Notes: generated from the sequence alone by a model not told the origin. A DNA stretch of 64,000 bases from Gemmatimonadota bacterium (GCA_039588295.1 JBDHAB010000002.1:1-64000), one strand, 5' to 3'; positions 28,072-37,778 are shown, numbered from the stretch's first letter. Numbers and translations: made by a program.

Positions 28072-29757
28072 TCAGGCCTCTTGGTCCGCCAGTCGCAAGA
28101 GCGCGCGACGGAGCCTGGCGTGCGCGTCGAGGAGCCGGACATAGTCCGATTCGCGCCGCCCGCCCTTGGCCCGGATCACCTCGCGGACGGCTTTCTTCTG
28201 CGCCGTGTTCCACCCTCGGATACCGGGGAGCGCCAACACGAGCGGCGCCCATCGCTGCCACGCCAGCCGCTCGCCGGCAGGCAACCGGTCGAGTGACCGC
28301 AGACTGAGTAGGCGCGCAGCTTCTTGCGCACACACGACGATGCCCCGCTCCCGATCCGCACCGAACCGCTGCGCGAGATAGCGGCTGACACCGAGACCGA
28401 TGTTGCCCAAACCGATGCGACCCAGTACGTCGCGGCGGCTCCGCCCGAGCTGGAGGAACATGTACTCAGCCGCCAGCTGATTCAGGCGTCGACTTCCGGT
28501 CCGGTAGCGCGGGTTTGCCTTGAGCTTGCGCAACTCCTCCCGTACGAGAGCCCGGACCGGCGGATCGTGCGGACGGAACCCCAGTTTGTAGTAGAACCAC
28601 CACGCCCCCGACTCCCGTCCCTCCGCGTTGTCGTGCCCGAGTTGGTATGGGTCGATCGCGAAGCTCTCGGCACCGAACAGCTGGTGGACCATCGCAAGCA
28701 CGCGCGCGTACACATGGGCCGCCCCCGCGCCGCGATAGGTCTCGAACACGTTGTACGCGACCTCCGAGGAGTTGAACAGCGCGCTGCACAGGACATACCC
28801 GATCGGCACCCCATTCATCAGGGTGAGAAAGCCGTAGACTGCCTCCAGCATGAGCCGACGCTGCGGCACCGCGCCCATGCAGGCGAACTGCAGCCCGTCG
28901 CCGTAGTCGATTAGCCGGACGTCGCGTTCGTCGGCGTGAAGGAAGACGAGGAGGTCGCGGTGCCGGGTCACCATGCAGGCGTTGGCGAGTTCGATGAGCC
29001 GACGGGCCTCTCGGCGTTCGACCGAGCGCACCCGGAACGTCGCTGCACGGATCGCCTGGCGCAGGTTGGGTCGGGAGCGCTGTGGCGGCCGCCGCTGGAA
29101 GACAATGGGTGCTCCATCCCATTTCTCCCGGCCCCTGGCTGGGGTCGAGGCGCCGGGCGTGAGCACGACGGGAACATCGAGATCCTCGTAGAGGTGTTCC
29201 CTCAGCGGCGTCTCCACGCCCAGAGCCTGGAAGCGACGGATCAAGAACGCGGCGTCTGTCTCTGCCGGGCCCTTGAGTGCGGCGAGCCACTCGCGGGCAC
29301 TGAAACCGAACTCGTCGAGCGCCGGCGTCTCGCTGTACGAGACCAGGAGGTGGAAGAGGCTCTCCAGTCTCGAGCGACGGTCGAACTCCGACCAGTCGAT
29401 GACGAGGTGCTCTGGGTAGCGTCGCGCCAACCAGATCGCGGTCAGCCAGAAGAACCGGAAGTGGATAGCCGTTCCGGCAATTCCCGTATCGCTGAGCTCG
29501 GCTCGAAACCGCTGCAGATCTCCGCGCTGGTCAAACTGCTGAAGCAGACGCTCCGCGGTGCCGAGGATCGCTTCGTTCTCGGGATACGCACGCGAGAAAT
29601 TGAGGAACTCGTGCAGGGCGTGGAGCTGCTTCGCCCTCGGAAGTCGCCGCCGCTCGAGTTGGCGCAGCAGCTCGATCTTGCGCGCCGCGGAGGTCCTCGA
29701 GAAGTCGTATTTGAGGCGTTCCAGCTCTCGCAAGATCGCAGGTGCGTTGGCTCGCAC
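28072..29757 (-). CDS. large hypothetical protein with putative GNAT-like C-terminal region
   Basis: 561-aa ORF; AYNVFETYRGAGAA and GAWWFYYKLGF resemble GNAT motifs A and B. Confidence 0.8.
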   Translation of the reverse strand: MRANAPAILRELERLKYDFSRTSAARKIELLRQLERRRLPRAKQLHALHEFLNFSRAYPENEAILGTAERLLQQFDQRGDLQRFRAELSDTGIAGTAIHFRFFWLTAIWLARRYPEHLVIDWSEFDRRSRLESLFHLLVSYSETPALDEFGFSAREWLAALKGPAETDAAFLIRRFQALGVETPLREHLYEDLDVPVVLTPGASTPARGREKWDGAPIVFQRRPPQRSRPNLRQAIRAATFRVRSVERREARRLIELANACMVTRHRDLLVFLHADERDVRLIDYGDGLQFACMGAVPQRRLMLEAVYGFLTLMNGVPIGYVLCSALFNSSEVAYNVFETYRGAGAAHVYARVLAMVHQLFGAESFAIDPYQLGHDNAEGRESGAWWFYYKLGFRPHDPPVRALVREELRKLKANPRYRTGSRRLNQLAAEYMFLQLGRSRRDVLGRIGLGNIGLGVSRYLAQRFGADRERGIVVCAQEAARLLSLRSLDRLPAGERLAWQRWAPLVLALPGIRGWNTAQKKAVREVIRAKGGRRESDYVRLLDAHARLRRALLRLADQEA

Positions 29758-29899
29758 TGCCTAGCCCCCCAGTGGATGTCGGTTCTGCCGTCAGTCCTGA
29801 GAAGACGGCGCCGAGCCACGGGTGTCAAGCGTGAGTCCCGTCGTACCCCTCACCCGCGCCGCAACCCGATGACCATCTCGCAAGATCGTCTCCAAACAC

Positions 29900-29927
29900 G
29901 GAGCCCCACCAAACTCGACGGGGCTCC
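29900..29927 (-). terminator. hairpin downstream of the duplicated tRNA 3' half
   Basis: GGAGCCCC / GGGGCTCC inverted repeat. Confidence 0.5.
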
Positions 29928-29947
29928 TCGCTGCTCACAACACTCGA

Positions 29948-29990
29948 TGACCGGGCTGGGGCTCGACCCAGGACCTACGGAGTAAAGGTC
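29948..29990 (-). repeat. duplicated 3' half of tRNA-Lys (att-like direct repeat)
   Basis: Matches 34841-34884 with one deletion and two substitutions. Confidence 0.9.
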
Positions 29991-30149
29991 AGACCGCATA
30001 TAGTGTCAATGTGAGCTGCTGAGAACCGCTCAGCACTGAGGAGCGGCCGAGATTCTGACTGGCATCTCGGCGGCTTGATCCCTACCTTTGACGCCTCCAA
30101 CCAGAGGTCCGGCCGCCTTGTCCAATCAGCTTGACCGCCTGTCAGCCTC

Positions 30150-32042
30150 ATGACTTCCGTGCAACATCCGTTCGATCCGCAGTTCTTCGCGCTCCAGGAG
30201 GCGCTCGCCGGGAAGTATTCCCTGGAGGCTGAGCTTGGCCGGGGCGGCATGGGGGTCGTATACCTCGCCCAGGAGGTGCAGCTGGACCGACCGGTGGCGC
30301 TGAAGGTGCTACCGGAAGAATTCTCGAACAAACCCGAACTTCGCGAGCGTTTCCTCCGCGAGGCCCGCACTGCCGCCAGGCTGTCTCACCCGAACATCAT
30401 TCCCATCTTTGCCGTCGACGAGGTCGGAGAGTTCGTCTATTTCGCGATGGCGTACGTCGCTGGAGAAACCCTCGGCCAGAGAGTGCACAATCGCGGCCCG
30501 TTACCGCCGTCTGAAGGTGCCCGTGTTCTCAAGGAAGTCGGGTGGGCGTTGGAGTACGCGCATTCTCAGGGCGTTGTACATCGCGATGTGAAGCCCGACA
30601 ACATTCTGCTGGAGGAGGGGACGGGGCGCGCGCTGGTAGCTGATTTCGGGATCGCCGGTTTACTGGAGGGAGCGGCAGCGACCGGCGTCGGCGAGATCAT
30701 CGGCACGGCTGAGTTCATGAGCCCCGAACAAGCCCGGGGCGAAGGCGTGGATGCACGAAGTGACACCTACTCGATGGGCGTGGTGGGATTCTACGCGCTC
30801 TCTGGGAAACTTCCCTTCCACGATGAACGCGTTGTCGAGGTGCTGAGACAGCATCGGGAAGATCCGGCACCGCCGTTGAAGACCGTCGCTCCCCACGTGC
30901 CGAGTCGCTTGGCGCGGTGCGTCGACCGATGCCTTGCGAAGGAACCAGGCGCGCGATTCGAGACGGCCGCGGCCTTCTCCGATGCGGTGGACGCGGCGAT
31001 GCGTGAGCGGCGCGACGTGCCGGTACCGGTGCGGAACTTCATCAATGATCCGATCGACCTGCCCGGTGACGGCGTTGCCTACTTCGTGTTTTCGATCGCG
31101 ATGGCCACGCCAGCAGTGTTTCTTGCCCTGGAAGAAGGAGCCTTGAACTTCCTCGCAGCCTTCGTCGCAGGGTACGGCGCGTTTATCCTCGCACCACCGC
31201 TTGCGCTTTCGATACATCGCATCCGTCGGCTATTGGCTTCCGGTCATACTCTAGCAGATCTCAAGGCCGCTGTGCGGATCGAAGTGGAACGCCGGCGTGA
31301 GGAACTGGCATACAGCCACGGCGCGGAGGCCTCCTCTGCGGAGAAGACGGCTTTCCGAGTGGCGACGGTCGCTGGAGGCGGCCTGTTGGCGAGTTTTGCG
31401 GCCTTCTTTGGATTGCTTCCCAATGTGGACGCGTGGATGTTCGTCTATCCGGGTTCCGTGTTGGCCGGGACGATCTCGCTGGCTGTCGGCACTACGCTCA
31501 GGGCGCGACGGATCGACCAGAAGGCTGAGCGTCGCTTCAAGTTCTGGAAAGGCACACTGGCCAAGTGGCTCTTCAAGGTGGCCGGCATCGGACTCAAGCA
31601 GAAGGCGCTGCCGATGCGGCCGACGCATCGCCCCACCGAACTGCAAATCGGTTTTGCCATCGACGCCTTGTACGAGCAACTCCCGAAGGAGATCCGCTCC
31701 GGATTGGGTGACGTGTCATCGGTCGTGCGGCAACTGGAAGCCGACGCGCAGACTCTCCGACAGACACTCGAGATGTTGAACGACGCGCACGCGGCAGCAC
31801 GAGCGGCCGGGAGCGAGATTCCCACCGATTTGAAAGACGCACGGGAAACTACAGAGAAACATTTGGCGGAGGCGGTCGCCTCGCTGGAAACCGTTCGTCT
31901 CGGATTGTTGCGCTTGACGGCCGGTACGGGAACCGTGGAGAGTCTTACGACCGATCTCGCGGCGGCCGCTGACGTGGGAGATGCAATCGACCACCTGATG
32001 GCAGGTATGACGGACGTGGAGCTGCTACTGCGGCCGACGTGA
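30150..32042 (+). CDS. Hanks-type Ser/Thr protein kinase with TM helices and C-terminal helical domain
   Basis: LGRGGMGVV, VALK, HRDVKPDN, DFG, GTAEFMSPE; about 4 TM helices. Confidence 0.95.
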   Translation: MTSVQHPFDPQFFALQEALAGKYSLEAELGRGGMGVVYLAQEVQLDRPVALKVLPEEFSNKPELRERFLREARTAARLSHPNIIPIFAVDEVGEFVYFAMAYVAGETLGQRVHNRGPLPPSEGARVLKEVGWALEYAHSQGVVHRDVKPDNILLEEGTGRALVADFGIAGLLEGAAATGVGEIIGTAEFMSPEQARGEGVDARSDTYSMGVVGFYALSGKLPFHDERVVEVLRQHREDPAPPLKTVAPHVPSRLARCVDRCLAKEPGARFETAAAFSDAVDAAMRERRDVPVPVRNFINDPIDLPGDGVAYFVFSIAMATPAVFLALEEGALNFLAAFVAGYGAFILAPPLALSIHRIRRLLASGHTLADLKAAVRIEVERRREELAYSHGAEASSAEKTAFRVATVAGGGLLASFAAFFGLLPNVDAWMFVYPGSVLAGTISLAVGTTLRARRIDQKAERRFKFWKGTLAKWLFKVAGIGLKQKALPMRPTHRPTELQIGFAIDALYEQLPKEIRSGLGDVSSVVRQLEADAQTLRQTLEMLNDAHAAARAAGSEIPTDLKDARETTEKHLAEAVASLETVRLGLLRLTAGTGTVESLTTDLAAAADVGDAIDHLMAGMTDVELLLRPT

Positions 32043-32065
32043 GCGCTGCACAGCCCCAGGGCCAG

Positions 32066-34696
32066 TCAGTTGCCGTACTCCTCTAGCAACCGCTGAAACC
32101 GCGGGTGGCCGCGCAGCAGATTCCACGTGGGGTCGACTCTGAGCATTGCAACGGACGTGGGTGAGGGAACAGCCAGCAGGATCTCCAGTTGGTCAATAGC
32201 GGCGTCGTACTCGCCCACCGTGGTGTAGATACGCGCCAGGTCTTCAGCCCTGTAGGCGCCCATATAGGCTTCCTTGCTCATGGGAAGTAGCTCAACAGCT
32301 GACTCACCTTCGCGGATCGCATCCTCCCTGCGACCGAGACCAGCATAGGCGATGCCCAGAGCACTCCGGTACCGAGAATCATCGGGGCGCTGCTCCACCC
32401 TGGCCTCGAGAACGGAGCGCGCCGAGTCATAGTAGGCTTGTTCGAGCTGCCGGCTCCCCATGAGACCGTAAATCTCGGCATGAAGCTGGGCCTTCGGCAC
32501 AAAGCGGTCTTGAAAGTCGACCACGAATTCGGACGAGATCGAGGCAAGCCTGTCGAGCGCTTCCTCATAGTCCCCATCCCATATCTTGAGCAGAATCCAC
32601 GAATACACGATGCCGACGTCCTCTCCAATGCCGGCCCGTTCAGCCTCCTCCAGCACTAGTGCTGCCCTTTCCGCGCTGCCTTCCAAGCGGAGGTGCAGAA
32701 ACGCTGCCTTGTTTCCATAGGGGGCGGCCCAATCAGGCGTCAGGGAAATGGCGCGGTCATAGAAGCGTCCTGCCTCCGTAGGGTTGCGCAAGAGGAAGTA
32801 GGTTTCCGCAACCTCGTTGACCCTAACCGCAGAACGCGGGTCAAGCTCTGTAGCCTTCTTGAAGTTGGCCGCTGCCTCTTCGAACTTCCCCTGCCGCCGC
32901 TGCACGGCAGCGATGCCGAAGAAGAGCTCGCTGTTGTTGGGCTGGCCTTTCCGCGCAATCGCAAACTCGGCAAGGGCAGATTCATAGTCGAGCTGACCCT
33001 GGTAATAGTAGAACGCCAGAGCCCAATGTGCTTCCGGTAGGTCGGGAGCGAGCCGCAAGGCCTGGTCCACCGCTTCCTTTGCAGCTGTCACACGCTGTTC
33101 GGTCCGGTCGTAGACCAACCACCACATCCTCATATGGGCCCGGCAGAGCCGAGCATATGCCAACGCGAAATCCGGGTCCAATCGGACCGCATTCTCGTAC
33201 ATTAGGACGGAGGCCCGAGTCGTCTGCTCATCGGCGTTACGATGGAAGTAATCATGGCCCCGCAGGTAGTAGTCATACGCCTCCAGGTTGTCCGTCGGCC
33301 TTGCAGCCAGGCGTTGACGCTCAGGCTCGAGCAGGGTCACATCCAATGCCCCAGCCACCCGCTCAGCGATTTCCGCTTGGACGCGGAAGATATCGCCCGC
33401 CGCGAGTTCCACAGTACCTGGCTCCGACCACAAGGGCGCATCGTCTGAGACACGGATGAGCTGCGGGATGATACGGACTTGATCGACACCATCGGGCACA
33501 CGATCCACTCGCACCGTACCCTCGAGCACATAGTCCACGCTCAGCTCAGCCCCGATCTCAGGGAGCGTCATCTCGTGGTCCTTATACTGCATCGCACTCG
33601 TGCGGGAGATGACAAAGAGCCCACTAAGGTTGGACAGCCGACTTATGATCTCGTCCGTCAATCCGTCGGCAAACTGTTCGTCGTCCGGTGAGCCAAGGTT
33701 CTCGAACGGGAGCACGACGAGCCTTGGCGGACCCTCGGGCTCTGCGCTGAATGGCCACGCGACCAGCATCAAGATTGCCACCAGAGCGACAACCCCAATC
33801 GAGACGAGAACCGGCACGGTCAGTTTGCGTCTCGCCGGGGTGCGGTGTGTGGCAACACTCAGCCGTTCTACGCTCAGCACCTCACCGAACTGCGCCGCCG
33901 TGCCGAAGCGATCGGCTGGCACCTTGGCCAAGGCCTGTTCGACAGCAACCTCGACGCTCGTTGGCACACGCCCCCGCACCACCGAAATGCGCGGCGTCGC
34001 TTCACTCAGCTTCTTCGCGACAATCGCTTGCGCGCTCGGGCCGGTGTACGGCGGCTCACCCGCGAGCATTTCATACAACACACAGCCCAGTGAGTAGACA
34101 TCACTCCTTCCGTCGAGCTTGTCCGCTCCGCTTGCTTGCTCGGGACTCATGTACGCGGGGGTACCGATGCTGATGCCCGTTTCGGTCAGATGCTCACCAC
34201 CTGCCTCGGTAATGGCCCTGGCAATGCCGAAGTCGGCAACTACTGCTTCACCCGCCGAGAGCAATACGTTCTCCGGCTTGATGTCGCGATGGATCACATC
34301 GTGGCTGTGGGCATAGCTCAGGGCCGCTGCTACTTCACGAGTAATCTGCAAGGCGTCGTCGAGTGGCAGTTGCCCTTCCCGATTCATCCGGCCCCGCAAC
34401 GTCTCGCCCTCGATGTAGGGCATGACGTAGTACAGGAAGCCGTCGGCTTCACCCGAATCGTGGAGCGGCAGGATGTGAGGGTGCGTGAGGTTTGCGGTCA
34501 CTTCGACTTCGCGGAGGAACCGCTCGGCGCCGATGGCTGCGGCTAACTCAGGGCGCAGGACCTTGATCGCTACCTGGCGATGATGCTTCAGGTCCTCGGC
34601 GAGGTAGACCGTTGCCATCCCACCACGGCCCAACTCCCGCTCAAGAGTGTAGCGGTCGGCAAGGGCGATTTTGAAGCGGTTGAGATCGTCGGCCAT
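32066..34696 (-). CDS. Hanks-type Ser/Thr protein kinase with TM helix, TolB-N-like domain and TPR repeats
   Basis: LGRGGMATV, HRDIKPEN, DFG, GTPAYMSPE; LVVLPFENL..FADGLTDEII..VISRTS; TPRs. Confidence 0.95.
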   Translation of the reverse strand: MADDLNRFKIALADRYTLERELGRGGMATVYLAEDLKHHRQVAIKVLRPELAAAIGAERFLREVEVTANLTHPHILPLHDSGEADGFLYYVMPYIEGETLRGRMNREGQLPLDDALQITREVAAALSYAHSHDVIHRDIKPENVLLSAGEAVVADFGIARAITEAGGEHLTETGISIGTPAYMSPEQASGADKLDGRSDVYSLGCVLYEMLAGEPPYTGPSAQAIVAKKLSEATPRISVVRGRVPTSVEVAVEQALAKVPADRFGTAAQFGEVLSVERLSVATHRTPARRKLTVPVLVSIGVVALVAILMLVAWPFSAEPEGPPRLVVLPFENLGSPDDEQFADGLTDEIISRLSNLSGLFVISRTSAMQYKDHEMTLPEIGAELSVDYVLEGTVRVDRVPDGVDQVRIIPQLIRVSDDAPLWSEPGTVELAAGDIFRVQAEIAERVAGALDVTLLEPERQRLAARPTDNLEAYDYYLRGHDYFHRNADEQTTRASVLMYENAVRLDPDFALAYARLCRAHMRMWWLVYDRTEQRVTAAKEAVDQALRLAPDLPEAHWALAFYYYQGQLDYESALAEFAIARKGQPNNSELFFGIAAVQRRQGKFEEAAANFKKATELDPRSAVRVNEVAETYFLLRNPTEAGRFYDRAISLTPDWAAPYGNKAAFLHLRLEGSAERAALVLEEAERAGIGEDVGIVYSWILLKIWDGDYEEALDRLASISSEFVVDFQDRFVPKAQLHAEIYGLMGSRQLEQAYYDSARSVLEARVEQRPDDSRYRSALGIAYAGLGRREDAIREGESAVELLPMSKEAYMGAYRAEDLARIYTTVGEYDAAIDQLEILLAVPSPTSVAMLRVDPTWNLLRGHPRFQRLLEEYGN

Positions 34697-34840
34697 GAGA
34701 CAACTAAGATGTGACTTCCACTACAGCTGCGCGAGGTTCCCTTGAGCTTGGGGCCCTACTGGGCCCCACCGCCACACGGGCCGCCCTGAAGAGCGGCCCG
34801 TTGAGAGTAGGAACTCGTTGAGGGCACGTACTAATCCAAG

Positions 34841-34913
34841 TGACCGGGCTGGGGCTCGAACCCAGGACCTACGGATTAAAAGTCCGTTGCTCTGCCAACT
34901 GAGCTACCCGGTC
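34841..34913 (-). tRNA. tRNA-Lys (UUU)
   Basis: Minus strand GACCGGGTAGCTCAGTTGGCAGAGCAACGGACTTTTAATCCGTAGGTCCTGGGTTCGAGCCCCAGCCCGGTCA folds as a cloverleaf; anticodon TTT; CCA not encoded. Confidence 0.97.
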
Positions 34914-35009
34914 ACGCTTCGGGAAAGGTCGCTAGCCCGAGTGGGAAGGACAAGATGAGACGGGGCAAGTTACGCGCTGGCGCCACGGGTACACTCAGTT
35001 TCCGCGGGG

Positions 35010-35191
35010 TTTTCCCTCGAAAAATGCGACCGTAGTCACTCTCGAGTGGGCCTCCACCGACGTGTGCTTCCCTCGTAAAACACGGGTCTTCTCCAGGAGG
35101 CTCCTGATCTCATCGTGCGATTTCCCCTCGACGGACAGCCGTGTTTCCGAGGGGTGCCGGGTTGGGAGATTGCGATTTCCCCTCGGAAAAA
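35010..35191. repeat. four TT(C)CCCTCG motifs at 55-56 bp period
   Basis: CCCTCG at 35014, 35070, 35125, 35180; the last two share TGCGATTTCCCCTCG. Confidence 0.65.
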
Positions 35192-35276
35192 GGCTTGTTT
35201 CCCTGGGAGAAAGTCTTACTTTGGGGGGCGTACAGGGGCTGGTCATCCTCCATTCACGACCTTCTCTGAGGTTCAC

Positions 35277-35811
35277 ATGGCGAAGAAGAGACGCAAGACG
35301 AAGAAGAAAGCCACGAGAAAGAAGAAGGCCACGAGGAAGAAGAAGGCCACCAGGAAGAAGAAGGCTACCAGGAGAAAGAAGGCCACGAGAAGGAAGAAGA
35401 CCGCAAAGAGGAGAGTGAAGAAGAAAGCGGCGAAGAGGAGAAAGAAGGCTACGAGAAGGAAGAAGGCTACGAGAAGGAAGAAGGCAGAAGAAGGCTACGA
35501 GAAAGAAGAAGGCCACCAGAAAGAAGAAGCCCGCTAAGAAGAAGCGGGCGAAGCGGAAACCCAGCGCGGCTTTCATGAAGCCGGTGACGCCCGATGCCAA
35601 GCTCGCCGCTGTCGTCGGGTCGACTCCACTGCCGCGGACACAGCTCACCAAGAAGCTGTGGGCCTACATCAAGCGGCACCGGCTGCAGGACGCCAGGAAC
35701 CGCCGCATGATCAACGCGGACGCGGCGCTGAAGGCGGTCTTCAACGGCAAGTCCCAGGTGAACATGTTCGAGATGACCAAGTTGGTGAACAGGCACCTGA
35801 TGAAGAAGTAG
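35277..35811 (+). CDS. histone-H1-like (KKATR repeats) + SWIB/MDM2 domain protein, frameshifted near 35486
   Basis: MAKKRRK..(KKATR[KR])n; after an apparent 8-nt deletion the repeat resumes in the frame of KRKPSAAFMKPV..LWAYIKRHRLQD..INAD..MFEMTKLV (SWIB). Confidence 0.85.
35301..35530 (+). repeat. 18-nt coding tandem repeat AAGAAGGC(C/T)AC(G/C)AG(A/G)A(A/G)(G/A)
   Basis: About nine copies visible, with one partial 10-nt unit at 35478-35487. Confidence 0.85.
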
Positions 35812-35901
35812 CAACGGCCGCGACGCAGTCGGCTGTAGCCGTTGAGGCAGGTTGTAGTGGTAGTTGGTGTTTCCTAGCAGGCCCAGTATTCCAGCCCCGC
35901 T

Positions 35902-35932
35902 TTGGGGGGTCGGCGCGCCCGCCGGCCCCCAA
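35902..35932. terminator. GC-rich hairpin after the SWIB gene
   Basis: TTGGGGGGTCGGCG / CGCCGGCCCCCAA. Confidence 0.5.
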
Positions 35933-36084
35933 GAGGCCCCCCCCAAACAAGACGCTTCGCCTGCCTCGTTTCGTATCACAGCGACTCGTTTTGGTGCGGT
36001 CTTACGCAGCGTGACCGGCATCACCCGCTGCATCAAGTCGCTGTCAGGATTGTCGTTAGCTCCGTGGGGTGCCGATGGACCGAA

Positions 36085-36100
36085 CGGCACCCGCCTTGCG
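36085..36100 (+). promoter_or_regulatory. sigma54 promoter of the lipoprotein-bEBP-TPR operon
   Basis: CGGCACCCGCCTTGCG = GGCAC-N5-TTGC; weak IHF-like site at about 36034-36046 on the minus strand. Confidence 0.72.
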
Positions 36101-36176
36101 AATTGATGGCCCCGGAACGCTCGCCCGCTCTGGGCAGCAAGGACTGGAACCGAACGACAACGTGGAGGATGGATTC

Positions 36177-36950
36177 ATGAAACGCATCGCACTGACCCTG
36201 ACAGCCGCTCTCGCTCTTGCGGCGTGCTCCGACGGCGCGGGCCCGGGTGGGCAACCCGGCGTGTCGCTCTCATTCTCGACACGCGCCCCCGGCGCCCAAC
36301 CGACCGCTGGCTTCTTCGCAAGCGTGATGGCGGACACACTGATGGACGGGCAGAACGAGCTCATCATTACGCAGGTCGAGATCGTGCTGCGCGAGATCGA
36401 GCTGAAGCGGCAGGAGGCATTTGCTTGTGACTCGAGCTCCAGCTCCGGCGTCGACAACGACGATTGTGAGGAGTTCGAGGTCGGTCCAACGCTCGTAGAT
36501 CTTCCGCTGAACGGCACCACGGAGACCATGGTTACGATCGACATTCCGGTGGGAGCCTACGACGAACTCGAATTCGACTTCCACAAGGTCAGCAACGACG
36601 ACCCTGAGGACGCCGCTTTCCGGGCGCAGCATCCCGATATGGTCGGCAAGAGCATCCGGGTCCGTGGTACGTTCAACGGCGACGACTTCACCTTTGAAAC
36701 GGACCTGAACGTCGAGCAAGAGTTCGACCTCGTCCCGCCACTCGTAATCGACGATGCAACGGTCTCGACCAACGTGACCGTGCTGGTCAATCTGGCTCGG
36801 TGGTACCAGGACGGGTCGGGCACGCTCCTCAACCCTGCCAGTGGCAACAAGGGTGGCGTCAACGAGAGCATCATCACAGAGAACATCAAGCAGTCTATCG
36901 AGGCCTTCGAGGACGAAGACCGCGACGGTGACGATTCGGATGAGAGCTGA
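36177..36950 (+). CDS. acidic lipoprotein (DUF4382-like), paralog 1
   Basis: GGAGG RBS, lipobox LAAC; IVLREIELKR..C..CEEFEVGP.LVDLPL..HKV..SIRV.GTFNG. Confidence 0.85.
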   Translation: MKRIALTLTAALALAACSDGAGPGGQPGVSLSFSTRAPGAQPTAGFFASVMADTLMDGQNELIITQVEIVLREIELKRQEAFACDSSSSSGVDNDDCEEFEVGPTLVDLPLNGTTETMVTIDIPVGAYDELEFDFHKVSNDDPEDAAFRAQHPDMVGKSIRVRGTFNGDDFTFETDLNVEQEFDLVPPLVIDDATVSTNVTVLVNLARWYQDGSGTLLNPASGNKGGVNESIITENIKQSIEAFEDEDRDGDDSDES

Positions 36951-37028
36951 GCCTCAGCCACGCTCGATGGAAGACCGCTGCGCGTGCTACATTGCACGCG
37001 TAGCGGCTTCCACGAGTTGGAGATTCTG

Positions 37029-37778
37029 ATGAAGCAGATAGGAGTTGTGCTGGCACTGGCCGGCAGCGTGGTCCTCTCGGCATGCAGCGATCCCACCAAC
37101 CTCGAGCTCAAGGGCGGTGTGGCGGTGTCGTTTGCGACCCGAAGCCCTGCCCCGAGCGCACCGGCGCTCACTCCAGCCGTCGCACTCGATGACACCATCA
37201 TCGGTGGCACCGACACCTTGATCGTTACCCGCGCTCAAGTCGTGCTACGCGAGATCGAGCTCAAGCGGCTCGAGACGGCGGACTGCGACGTGGAGCCCGA
37301 GCCGGCCGGCTGCGAGGAGGTCGAGGTGGGACCGGTGCTCGTTGACCTACCGCTCGTGCCAGGGGCCGAGCAACAGTTTTCAGTCGAGATTCCGACCGGA
37401 ACCTATACCCGGATCGATTTCGAGGTGCACAAAGTCGGTAATGATCCCGAGGATCTCGCGTTTCTCGCCCAGCACCCTGAGTTTGCCGAGAAGAGCATCC
37501 GTGTGGAGGGAACGTTCAACAGCCAGGCATTCCTCTTCGAGAGTGACTTGGATGTCGAGCAAGAGATCGATCTGCAGCCGCCGATGCTGCTCGCCGAGAA
37601 CACGAACACCAACGTGACGATCTTTGTGGAAATCGATACCTGGTTCCGCGATCAGGACGGGACGCTGGTCGATCCCGCGACCGCCAACAAGGGCGGTCCC
37701 AACGAGAGTGACGTCAAGAACAACATCCAAAACTCGCTGAAGGCGTTTGAGGACCCGGATGGCGACGGCTTGGACTGA
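37029..37778 (+). CDS. acidic lipoprotein (DUF4382-like), paralog 2
   Basis: Lipobox LSAC; collinear and highly similar to 36177..36950. Confidence 0.85.
   Translation: MKQIGVVLALAGSVVLSACSDPTNLELKGGVAVSFATRSPAPSAPALTPAVALDDTIIGGTDTLIVTRAQVVLREIELKRLETADCDVEPEPAGCEEVEVGPVLVDLPLVPGAEQQFSVEIPTGTYTRIDFEVHKVGNDPEDLAFLAQHPEFAEKSIRVEGTFNSQAFLFESDLDVEQEIDLQPPMLLAENTNTNVTIFVEIDTWFRDQDGTLVDPATANKGGPNESDVKNNIQNSLKAFEDPDGDGLD

Larger units (their letters stand above)
29948..34884. mobile_element. tRNA-Lys-targeted genomic island remnant (about 4.9 kb, no integrase)
   Basis: Bounded by the intact tRNA-Lys and its duplicated 3' half; contains two convergent Ser/Thr kinases. Confidence 0.7.

Noticed and set aside
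29948..29990. Second functional tRNA
   Set aside because: Only the 3' half is present, with a damaged T-loop and anticodon loop
35005..35215. Degenerate CRISPR array
   Set aside because: The shared motif is only 8-15 nt and poorly conserved, and there are no cas genes in the window
34995..35651. 218-aa F/L-rich ORF on the minus strand
   Set aside because: Antisense shadow of the AAG-rich repeat
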